Assembly: GCA_963841915.1 (NCBI GenBank)
Contig: CAWJEN010000006.1
Span: 480,001-544,000, forward strand
DNA from: an uncultured Planctomycetota bacterium
GTDB taxonomy: Bacteria; Planctomycetota; Phycisphaerae; Tepidisphaerales; Tepidisphaeraceae
Length of the DNA: 64,000 bases
Direction of reading: 5' to 3'
Below, piece after piece: positions 56,490-64,000 of the stretch. Positions within the stretch are counted from its first letter, which is position 1; each line of letters opens with the position of its first letter. Made by a program: the position numbers and the translations under genes. Below the pieces are notes generated by a model that saw only the letters and a program-made list of their open reading frames with translations, ran no database searches and had not been told where the DNA came from.

Positions 56490-57110
56490 ATGACCGCTGC
56501 CAAGGAGATTGATTGGTCGAAGCCTGTTCGAATGACCGAGGCTGAATACCTGGCCTTCGAGGCGCAGTCCGACGAGAAGCACGAGTTCGATGACGGCGTC
56601 GTTCGGCCGCTGAGCCGGCTGATCATGATGGCCGGTGGGACGAGGTCGCACAGCCGGGTCATTGCGCGGATCATTCGCAGCATCGGAAACGCGCTCGATG
56701 GCACAGGTTGCGAGGTGTACGAGAGCAACCTTGCTGTCAAGGCGCGGAACGATGTCCGGTACAGCTACCCAGACGCCAGCATCGTGTGCGGCAAGCCGGA
56801 GGAAGATCCGGCGTCGTCTGACCACGTCATCAACAATCCCATCTGCGTCATCGAGGTCCTCTCACCCGGCACTGCGAAATACGACCGCACAGACAAGTTC
56901 GACAGTTACGCCCGCATCGAGTCGCTTCGCGAATACGTCCTCATCGAGCATGACGACCCGGTCATCCAGACACTTTATCGCGAGGAAGACGGCCGCTGGA
57001 CCTTTGCCAGCTTCCACGGCCGCGACGCGGTGGCCAAACTACGGAGCGTCGACATCGAGATCCCGTTGAACGCGCTCTTCGACATGCCCGAGAACGAAGA
57101 CGCAGCTTGA
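56490..57110 (+). CDS. Uma2-family putative endonuclease
   Basis: MTEAEYL, KHEF, MAGG..SH, YPD, IEVLSPGT..YDR..K, LREYVLI. Confidence 0.9.
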   Translation: MTAAKEIDWSKPVRMTEAEYLAFEAQSDEKHEFDDGVVRPLSRLIMMAGGTRSHSRVIARIIRSIGNALDGTGCEVYESNLAVKARNDVRYSYPDASIVCGKPEEDPASSDHVINNPICVIEVLSPGTAKYDRTDKFDSYARIESLREYVLIEHDDPVIQTLYREEDGRWTFASFHGRDAVAKLRSVDIEIPLNALFDMPENEDAA

Positions 57111-57126
57111 TGAAGCTGGGCGCACG

Positions 57127-57154
57127 AAAAAGCCCCTCCGATCGCGGAGGGGCT
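57127..57154 (-). terminator. Intrinsic terminator of the desaturase gene
   Basis: AGCCCCTCCG-ATCG-CGGAGGGGCT with a T-tract on the minus strand. Confidence 0.8.
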
Positions 57155-57174
57155 GAGAAGCTCGAGTCATCTGC

Positions 57175-58149
57175 TCAATGCTGCCGCGGGTTCATCTTGG
57201 CAGCTTGACGTTGACGGTTCGGCACCTTGACGTCATAGGCGAGGCCGACCAATTCCATGATCTTGATGACAATGTAGCTCGCGTCGAACTCCCACCACCG
57301 CAGGCCATGGCGGGCGCTTGTGGGGAAAGCGTGGTGGTTGTTGTGCCAGCCTTCGCCGAGGCCGAGGAAGCCGAAGATGACGTTGTTGCGGCTTTCGTCG
57401 TTGCTCTTGAAGGGGCGGCTGCCCCAGAGGTGGCAGACGCTGTTGATGCTCCACGTGATGTGGTGGACGAGCAGCAACCGAACCAGGCCGCCCCAGATGA
57501 AGCCGAGGAAGACGCCTGTCCAAGACATTGTCAGCAGTCCGCCGATGACGGCCGGGATGATGAAGCCCATGAGGGCCCAGACAGTCCAGAGCTTGCTCAT
57601 GACCATCGTGACTTTGTCGGCCCGCAGGTCTGGGTTGTACTTCTCGAGATTCTTCGGATCGCCCCGGAAGATCCAACCGATGTGGGCGTGCCAGAAGCCT
57701 TTGAGGACACCCTTAACGCCGCCGCCGTGGTGGTGGGGCGAGTGCGGGTCATGCTCGTGGTCACTGTGCTGGTGGTGGCAGCGGTGCATCGCCGCCCAAG
57801 TGGTCGGCGGCCCCTCAACGCTGGTCGAGCCGAGAAAGACAAGGAACGCCTTCACCACAGCGTTGGTCTTGAAGCTCTGATGGGTGAAGTACCGGTGATA
57901 ACCGACCGTCACACCCAACGCGGTGGCGATGTAGCCACCGACGAGCAGAAACGCGTACGTCCACGAGAACCCCCAGCCCCAGCTCAGCGCGATGCCAGCG
58001 ATGAGAGCAACGAACGGCAGGATCACGACGATCAGGCTGGCGATCTTTTCACCCCAGCCTTGCTCGTCGAGGTGATCGGTGGGTGGATGGGCGTGACCCT
58101 CCGAACGCGCAGGGGCGACGGTGGTGACGGCGTTGGGCGTTACGTCCAT
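57175..58149 (-). CDS. Delta-9-type membrane fatty acid desaturase
   Basis: His boxes HRYFTH, HRCHH, HNNHH; DPHSP; INSVCH. Confidence 0.93.
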   Translation of the reverse strand: MDVTPNAVTTVAPARSEGHAHPPTDHLDEQGWGEKIASLIVVILPFVALIAGIALSWGWGFSWTYAFLLVGGYIATALGVTVGYHRYFTHQSFKTNAVVKAFLVFLGSTSVEGPPTTWAAMHRCHHQHSDHEHDPHSPHHHGGGVKGVLKGFWHAHIGWIFRGDPKNLEKYNPDLRADKVTMVMSKLWTVWALMGFIIPAVIGGLLTMSWTGVFLGFIWGGLVRLLLVHHITWSINSVCHLWGSRPFKSNDESRNNVIFGFLGLGEGWHNNHHAFPTSARHGLRWWEFDASYIVIKIMELVGLAYDVKVPNRQRQAAKMNPRQH

Positions 58150-58304
58150 GTGATCGAGAGTCTACGGGAAACGGTGAGTCGGTGGGACGAGCAAACGAGG
58201 AAAGGCGCTACTCGCCCGGCGACCCCTGCCGCGGTGCATCGTACGCGATCTATGCCAACGGGTTCGCCTCCCTTAAATCGTCCCGCGGCGATATGCCGCT
58301 GCAG

Positions 58305-59108
58305 TCAGGCGGCCTCGAGTTCCGCCCCCCGCTCAGCGGCGGCAGTGACGGCGTCATCGACAAGTTTCTGCAGCCCACCTGCCGCAAAGGCCTGCAACGC
58401 CGCCGCCGTCGTGCCGCCCGGGCTCGTCACCCGACGCCGCAGCTCCGCAGGCGTGTCACCCATCGGTGAATCGAGCAACGCTGCCGCGCCCACAAAGGTT
58501 TGACGCGCCAGCAGCATCGCCTCGTCCGCACCAAGTCCCGCACGCTCACCGGCTGCAGCAAGCGCTTCGACGATCGCGAAAAAGTAGGCCGGCCCGCTGC
58601 CGCTCACGGCTGTGACAGCGTTCATCTGCATCGCGTCCACCTCCACCGTCACCGATGACGCGAACAGGCGGTGAAGCACCCAATCTATGTCCGCCTCCGT
58701 CGCACCAGGCCCCCTGGCGATGGCAACCACGCCTCTACCGACCAGCACCGGCGTATTTGGCATCGTCCGCACGATCCGCCCGCCGGGCAGACGCTCGGCA
58801 AGAAAGTCGCCCGTCACGCCTGCTGCAATGCTGACGAACAACTTTCCGTTGGCAAGCTCTCGCAGCGGGGCAATGGCGTCGGCCATCACCTGCGGCTTAG
58901 TCGCCAGCAGCACCACGTCGGCCTCCGAGATCGCCTTCACCACGTTCTCCATCGGCTCGGCTCCGGTAAACGAGCCGCGCTTGGCCTCGTCTGGATCGCA
59001 CGCGATGGCTCTGCCCACTGCCGGCGACTTTGCGGCGAGCACTGCCGTCAAGATCGCGCCGCCCATGTTGCCACAGCCCAAAACGGCCAGCGTCGGTTGA
59101 TCCTTCAT
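58305..59108 (-). CDS. proC: Pyrroline-5-carboxylate reductase
   Basis: GCGNMG, KPQ, SIAAG, MPNTP, SGSGPAY, VTSPGGTT. Confidence 0.96.
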   Translation of the reverse strand: MKDQPTLAVLGCGNMGGAILTAVLAAKSPAVGRAIACDPDEAKRGSFTGAEPMENVVKAISEADVVLLATKPQVMADAIAPLRELANGKLFVSIAAGVTGDFLAERLPGGRIVRTMPNTPVLVGRGVVAIARGPGATEADIDWVLHRLFASSVTVEVDAMQMNAVTAVSGSGPAYFFAIVEALAAAGERAGLGADEAMLLARQTFVGAAALLDSPMGDTPAELRRRVTSPGGTTAAALQAFAAGGLQKLVDDAVTAAAERGAELEAA

Positions 59109-59131
59109 GCTCCGACGGTACAGCCGTCGCG

Positions 59132-59800
59132 TTACAGCTGCCGATGGACGCTCCGCGGGGCGTTGACGATAAGGTTGCCGCGGAAGAAACGAATGGTGGC
59201 GGTGCCGCCGTTGTCCTGCCAGATGTCGGGGCGGATGGTCGCCTGGATGAGGTCGATGATCTCTTGTGCCCGCTCGGCCTCTGAGTCTTCATCGTCCCCG
59301 CCGCGACCACCGCTCTGGCCGCCGCCGCCGCCGTTGTTGCCACCGCCACCTTGGCCGCCTTGACCACCACCATTGCCGAGGTTGTCCGGGTAAAAGTCCG
59401 GAATCGTCACGAGCAGGTCGCGAATGTCGTACGTCCGCACGACCGTCTTGGCGTCGGCGATGCGCTGGGTCGTGACGTGCACCACGCCGTCGTCGACGTA
59501 GTAGTCGAGCGTCTCGATCGGCCGCACGGCCCGCAGGGCGAATTTCAGAATGACTGCCGGCGACGTCCGCGGCAGTTGCAACGATATTTCCGTCTCCCGC
59601 AGCACGCCTGCCGCCTCCAGCGCCGCCCAGTCAACGTAAAATGGCTGTCCCGTCACGTTCCGCAGGTACGCGATGATGTCCTCGAACGGCACCTGATCGA
59701 AGTCGACTGTCGCCACCGTCGCCTGCCGCGGTGCAGGTTGAGCCGACGCGACAGCGGTGCCGACAAGCAGTGCGGTAACGGCAGCGAGGATCAGACGCAT
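59132..59800 (-). CDS. Exported STN/secretin N-terminal-domain-like protein
   Basis: Signal (ASA), VDFDQVPFEDII.YL, VDWAALEAAGV, RTYDIRDLL, IIDLIQATI..W...LIV; start ATG 59800. Confidence 0.65.
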   Translation of the reverse strand: MRLILAAVTALLVGTAVASAQPAPRQATVATVDFDQVPFEDIIAYLRNVTGQPFYVDWAALEAAGVLRETEISLQLPRTSPAVILKFALRAVRPIETLDYYVDDGVVHVTTQRIADAKTVVRTYDIRDLLVTIPDFYPDNLGNGGGQGGQGGGGNNGGGGGQSGGRGGDDEDSEAERAQEIIDLIQATIRPDIWQDNGGTATIRFFRGNLIVNAPRSVHRQL

Positions 59801-59846
59801 GGGGCACTTTCTGCTGGCTGTGAGCTTAGAATCAGTCGGTGTCGGC

Positions 59847-60119
59847 TTACTTCGACTCGACCGTCTCGGCCGAAATCTGCTTCTTGAACGGCTCTTCCTC
59901 GGCTGGTTTGGGCAGGGCGGGCTTGTCGCTTTCGGCCTCGATCTCGTCGCCGATGCCTTTGAGGCCGCGCTTGAACTCGACGATGCCCTTGCCGAGTGAT
60001 CGGCCCACTTCAGGCAGTCGCTTCCCGAAAAAGAGCAAACCGAGCACGCCGATGATGGCCATCTCGCCCGGTCCGGGCGTCCAGAAGGCAAGCGTGGTCG
60101 TCAGTGGGTAAGTTATCAT
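59847..60119 (-). CDS. tatA: Twin-arginine translocase TatA/E subunit
   Basis: LLFFGKRLPEVGRSLGKGIVEFKRGL. Confidence 0.93.
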   Translation of the reverse strand: MITYPLTTTLAFWTPGPGEMAIIGVLGLLFFGKRLPEVGRSLGKGIVEFKRGLKGIGDEIEAESDKPALPKPAEEEPFKKQISAETVESK

Positions 60120-60155
60120 GGCGTGAATCTCCGGAGCAAGGCGTTGGCCTCTAGC

Positions 60156-61310
60156 TTACACGCTTTGGGCCGATGATTGTTCCGTAGAATCTTCGTTCGT
60201 CCCGCGCAGCCGCGACAACAGATCCTCAATGTCCGGGGGCAGCGGTGCGGCAATGGTCGTCGGCTGCAGCGTTCGCGGGTGCGTGAACGTGATTTCTGCC
60301 GCGTGCAACGCCTGGCGGGCGAAATGCTTCGTCTCGCCTGCATCGTGAAATTCGATGACCCTGCCGCCGTACATCGTGTCGCCGACGATCGGATAGCCCT
60401 TGAAGCTGAGGTGGACGCGGAGCTGGTGCGTCCGCCCGGTGCGTGGCTTGAGGCGGATCAGGCTGAAGCCGGCGTAGGGCTCCTTGTGACGCAGATCGTT
60501 GGGGTTGTCGCCGCGAACGAGCTTGAGCCCCATGGACTCGGGCGGGTCGCGGAAGGTTTCTTCAACCTGGTACTGGGTCGTTGCCGTTTTGCCGCCCTTT
60601 TCGATCTTGCGGACGGCCTGCCGCTCGCGGACGTACGCGTCGGGGCCGATCGGCAGGTCGATCATGTCAGCCTGCAGCTCTGGAATCCCGTGGGCGACGG
60701 CGAGGTACGTCTTTTTGATCGTGCGGTTCTCGAACTGCCGCCCGAGCCGCCAGTGGGCTTCGTCGCTCTTGGCCACGAGCATGACACCGGTCGTGTTGCG
60801 GTCGAGCCGGTGCAAAATGCCCGGGCGGTGCGGGCCGCGGACGGTCGACCACGACTTGGCGTAGTGGATGAGGCCGTTGACGAGGGTGCCGTTCCACACG
60901 CCCCGCGCCGGGTGGACGATCAGGTTGCTCTGCTTGTTGATCGCCAGCAGGTGGTCATCTTCGTAGAGCACGTCGAGCGGAATCGGCTCGGGCTCGATCG
61001 TTTCTCGCCTGGGCGGCGGGGCAGACACGATGACCTCTTCACCCTCGCGTGGCTTGTGCGATGCCTTAACCGACTTGCCGTTGACGGTAACCGCCTTTTC
61101 CTTGATCAGACGCTGCACCTCCGCACGGCTCAGATGCCCCACGCGGTCGACAAGATACTTGTCGAGTCGGTTGTCGAGGTCGCGACCGACGCGAAAGACG
61201 TGTCGGCGTGTCGACGTGTCGGGCGTGTCGGGCGTGGCAACTTCGTCGCCGTCGTCGTCTATGGGTGCGTCGTCGGCTATGACGTCGTCGTCGAGCGGGT
61301 CATTAATCAA
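60156..61310 (-). CDS. rluD: RluA-family pseudouridine synthase with S4 domain
   Basis: RLDKYL S4 domain, HRLDRNTTG, TGRTHQLRVH, QALHA. Confidence 0.9.
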   Translation of the reverse strand: MINDPLDDDVIADDAPIDDDGDEVATPDTPDTSTRRHVFRVGRDLDNRLDKYLVDRVGHLSRAEVQRLIKEKAVTVNGKSVKASHKPREGEEVIVSAPPPRRETIEPEPIPLDVLYEDDHLLAINKQSNLIVHPARGVWNGTLVNGLIHYAKSWSTVRGPHRPGILHRLDRNTTGVMLVAKSDEAHWRLGRQFENRTIKKTYLAVAHGIPELQADMIDLPIGPDAYVRERQAVRKIEKGGKTATTQYQVEETFRDPPESMGLKLVRGDNPNDLRHKEPYAGFSLIRLKPRTGRTHQLRVHLSFKGYPIVGDTMYGGRVIEFHDAGETKHFARQALHAAEITFTHPRTLQPTTIAAPLPPDIEDLLSRLRGTNEDSTEQSSAQSV

Positions 61311-62314
61311 GGGGCAGGTTGCGTGGCCGGTTGCGTTGCGGGCTGCGACGTCGAAGCGGCTGGGGGCGTGAGGGTCAATCCCTCGACACCAAGGTCGGTG
61401 AGACTGCTCGGGGTGTCATCCTCGCCGAGGCTGCCGAGGTCGACGCCCGATTCCTGGCCGAGCGGCGTCGGGGTGTCGGGAATGATCAGCGGCGAGTTCG
61501 TCGTCAGGTAGGCCAGCTGATTCCGCCGCTGTCGCGCCAACGCCTTGAACGGCTCGGGTACGGCTTCACCGTTGACAATGGCCTCGTACCGCTCGCCGGC
61601 CGCCTCGAACTCCGTCCGCTCCTCGAAGATCGCTGCCAGCCCGAAGAGGGCGGCAACGCGTTGCGTCGTAAAGTCGTTGTAGTCGTCGAGCACACGCTGA
61701 TACGCCTGCTCGGCCGAATTAAGCCGGGCGTCGGCAGATGCGGGTGCGTTGTACGCATCGGCAGGCCGCGTCGCCGGTTGGGCGACTGGCATCGACGCCA
61801 GATACCAGTGGTAATCACCCTCGAGCCGGGCCGCCTGGGCACGCATGGCGTCGCTGTCGGCGCCGCTCTCGATAAGCTCGATCGACTGCTGGAACACCGT
61901 CTCGAACTCACTCACCCTGTCTGCTACCTGATCTTCGGTCATCGTCGGCGCACGCAGGCTCAGGCCGCGTGCGCCTTCGACGAGCTCCTGCTGAAGACGC
62001 GTCATCTCGCCCTTGGCAACCAAAGCCGCCTGGGCGTCGGCCTTCGCTCTCAGATTCAACGCCCAGGCGATGACTGCGGCGGCGACGAGGATGATGACGA
62101 GCCAGTTGGCGTAGTCCTTGGACAACTCGCCGAGCTTGACGAGGCCGCGGCCCAGGGCGCTGTCATTCAGGACGCTGTCGTCACCCTTGGCCGGCTCGGA
62201 GGCGTCAGGGGCTTGCTCATCGGGCACCGTCGGCAGCACGACTTCGTCACGCCGCTCGATCGTGCCGTCATCGGAGGTGGGCTGGTTGTCGTCCGCTTGT
62301 TCGTCCGCCGGCAT
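61307..62314 (-). CDS. Single-TM TPR protein (YfgM-like)
   Basis: Acidic N-tail, one TM, TPR-like helices (AEQAYQRV, ALFGLAAIFE), QPAT-repeat tail. Confidence 0.65.
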   Translation of the reverse strand: MPADEQADDNQPTSDDGTIERRDEVVLPTVPDEQAPDASEPAKGDDSVLNDSALGRGLVKLGELSKDYANWLVIILVAAAVIAWALNLRAKADAQAALVAKGEMTRLQQELVEGARGLSLRAPTMTEDQVADRVSEFETVFQQSIELIESGADSDAMRAQAARLEGDYHWYLASMPVAQPATRPADAYNAPASADARLNSAEQAYQRVLDDYNDFTTQRVAALFGLAAIFEERTEFEAAGERYEAIVNGEAVPEPFKALARQRRNQLAYLTTNSPLIIPDTPTPLGQESGVDLGSLGEDDTPSSLTDLGVEGLTLTPPAASTSQPATQPATQPAP

Positions 62315-62440
62315 AGGACGGCAGTGTAGACGCGGCGACGGTCAGGGCGCGTGTCGCCCGGGCAGGTGGTTGAAGAGGGGCAATGGCGTTATCGGCGGGG
62401 CGTGCGGGCAAGTTTGGGCAGCCGTGACGCGCGTTGTGGC

Positions 62441-62469
62441 TTGACACGCCTTGGCCACCTGCGGACACT
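62441..62469 (+). promoter_or_regulatory. Putative sigma70 promoter
   Basis: TTGACA-17 nt-GACACT upstream of ATG 62630. Confidence 0.5.
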
Positions 62470-62629
62470 CTGCGCGTGGCCCGCACCGGCCGCCCCCGCC
62501 CCAAGGCCGCCGACGTCCGTCGCTGCGGCGTCTTCCGAGGAGTCGAGCCTGTGATCGTTACATCGGCAGATGCCGTTACGGTCGCACCGCCATCCGTCGA
62601 TTCGTTTCACCTGTCAAGCGCCGCATCAC

Positions 62630-64000
62630 ATGAGCCACGCGACCCGCACCTTGTCCGCCGACCGTCGGCCAGCTCCGGCTGGATGTCGCCCCTCGCTTGC
62701 CGCCAGGCTGGCCCTCTCAGCCGCCGCGTTGTCGGCACTGACCGTCGCCTCTCCAGGCCTCGGACTCGTCGCACCCGCCGCGGCGCAGCAGGTCACCGAG
62801 GAGCCCTCGGCCCAGCCGTCTGAAGAACTGCTCGACCTCGTTGACGACTTCTACCACACCGCCACGCTCGCCAACTACCCGGCCGCCCGGGCGTACGGCC
62901 AGCAGGTGCTCGACACTGCCGAAGAGCCCGAAGCGGTGCTCGAAGCCTTCCAGCAGGTCTACGACCGCCGCCCCGACCCGCTCGTCGGGCTCGATGAACA
63001 GCTCATCCGGTTCCAAGGCATTCCCGAAATTGCCGAAGTCAGTGGGGCGGTCGTCGACCTCGTCAACGAAGGTCGACAGGCCCGGGCCACGCGGCTCAGT
63101 TTCCTACAAAGCCAGGTCGAGCGTCTCGGTAACGGCGGCATCGCCTACGGCAACGCAATCGAGAACCTTCGCAGCAGCGGCGAGTACGCGACGCCGGTCC
63201 TGCTGTCGAACCTGTTCGACCCCAACCGCCAGGAACTGCAGAACCCGATCCGTCGGGCGCTGGTCGATCTGGGCCTGCCGATGGTCAGCCCGCTGCTGGC
63301 AGCGCTCAACGCAGAAGATCCTCAGGTCAAGGCAGAGGTCATGCAAGCCCTCGGCGAGCTCGGCTACAGCGAGGCGATTCCCTACGTCCTCGAGCAGGTC
63401 GAGACGAACCAGGGGCAGCTCGTCCAGCAGGTCGGCACCCAAGCCCTGGGCCGCCTCGGCTACGCAGGCGGCAGCACCGCCGCCAGCGAGTATTACACCG
63501 TCGCCGAGTCGTTCTGGCTCAACCGGTCGCCCATTCAGCCCGACAGCGGCTTCGAAGGGGCCAACCTTTGGCGTTGGGACCAAGGCAGCCTCGCCGCCAC
63601 GACAGTACCGGCCGAGATCTTCAACGAACTCATGGCCATGCGCGCGGCTGGTAACACGCTCGCGCTAAGCCAAGGCGCCAACGCCGCCCCGCAGCAGGTG
63701 CAGGACGACGCGCTGTCGCTCTGGCTCGCCAGCAACTACCGCCGCGAGATCGAGCTGCCCGAAGGGGCGACCGACAACAGCCGTCCCGACAGCGACGCCA
63801 CCGCCGGTTACTATGGCACGCAGGCGGGTGTGAAGTACCTGCAACAGGTCATCGAACGCGCCGCCAACGAGCGGACGCTTCCGCCCGAGAGCCGGTACGA
63901 CTCGGCCGCCGTCGCCTTGGCGGCAGTGCAATCGATGCAGGACGTCGTCGGCGAGAGCACACTCGAAGCCGGTGCGACCCCACTGACCCGCGCGATGCAA
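62630..64000 (+). CDS. Exported HEAT-repeat-like protein, runs off window end
   Basis: Manual translation MSHATRT...APAAA-QQVTEE...; helical repeats such as VMQALGELGYSEAIPYV; strong GC3 bias; absent from the ORF track because truncated. Confidence 0.75.
   Translation, partial: MSHATRTLSADRRPAPAGCRPSLAARLALSAAALSALTVASPGLGLVAPAAAQQVTEEPSAQPSEELLDLVDDFYHTATLANYPAARAYGQQVLDTAEEPEAVLEAFQQVYDRRPDPLVGLDEQLIRFQGIPEIAEVSGAVVDLVNEGRQARATRLSFLQSQVERLGNGGIAYGNAIENLRSSGEYATPVLLSNLFDPNRQELQNPIRRALVDLGLPMVSPLLAALNAEDPQVKAEVMQALGELGYSEAIPYVLEQVETNQGQLVQQVGTQALGRLGYAGGSTAASEYYTVAESFWLNRSPIQPDSGFEGANLWRWDQGSLAATTVPAEIFNELMAMRAAGNTLALSQGANAAPQQVQDDALSLWLASNYRREIELPEGATDNSRPDSDATAGYYGTQAGVKYLQQVIERAANERTLPPESRYDSAAVALAAVQSMQDVVGESTLEAGATPLTRAMQ

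Noticed and set aside
56490..57110. Uma2 gene as a defence or mobile system
   Set aside because: Solitary member of a commonly expanded family with no methylase, toxin partner or flanking repeats
58240..58258. sigma54 site upstream of the desaturase (TGGCATA-GATC-GCGTA); similar half-sites upstream of dnaA and the TlpA-like gene
   Set aside because: The -12 TTGC element is missing or mis-spaced
59295..59375. CCG/CCA-rich low-complexity DNA
   Set aside because: Simply encodes the Gly-rich loop of the STN-like protein
1..64000. CRISPR array, prophage, integrase or IS element
   Set aside because: No spaced direct-repeat array and no cas, recombinase, transposase or phage structural motifs seen

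Overview
High-GC bacterial chromosomal window, most consistent with Planctomycetota, class Phycisphaerae (Tepidisphaerales-like). This is inferred from a LEPR-XLL-type N-terminus plus dockerin-like C-terminus, CxxC(G/D)YDLR..CPECG zinc-ribbon membrane proteins, a fused LpxC-FabZ and a dnaA with no adjacent dnaN. The window holds about 65 CDS and two tRNAs (Arg-CCT, His-GTG). I saw no CRISPR array, prophage, integrase or IS. Main content: a stress-type cluster (0.5-8 kb), cheX-cheY, a Ser/Thr kinase, hisF, tandem cyclophilins, a TlpA-like protein, lpxA and lpxC-fabZ, a Wza-like exporter, a large secreted matrixin gene broken by about 11 clustered single-base indels, nuoH/nuoI split by a Tad-like gene, comF, dnaA, rpmA, gmhB, rdgB, pdaD, holA, a glycosyltransferase cluster, a heme oxygenase-bacteriophytochrome pair, a phosphomannomutase, a desaturase, proC, tatA and rluD. 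Most notable signals: (1) a TANNNT box 5-8 nt before the start codon of about 20 genes, suggesting pervasive leaderless transcription; (2) sigma54-type -24/-12 sites at stress genes and a GT87 gene; (3) a recurrent P-x-T-[QR]-P motif in exported proteins; (4) a bphO-bphP light sensor with a GAF-loop insertion and no adjacent response regulator. All calls come from reading the sequence; no database searches were run.
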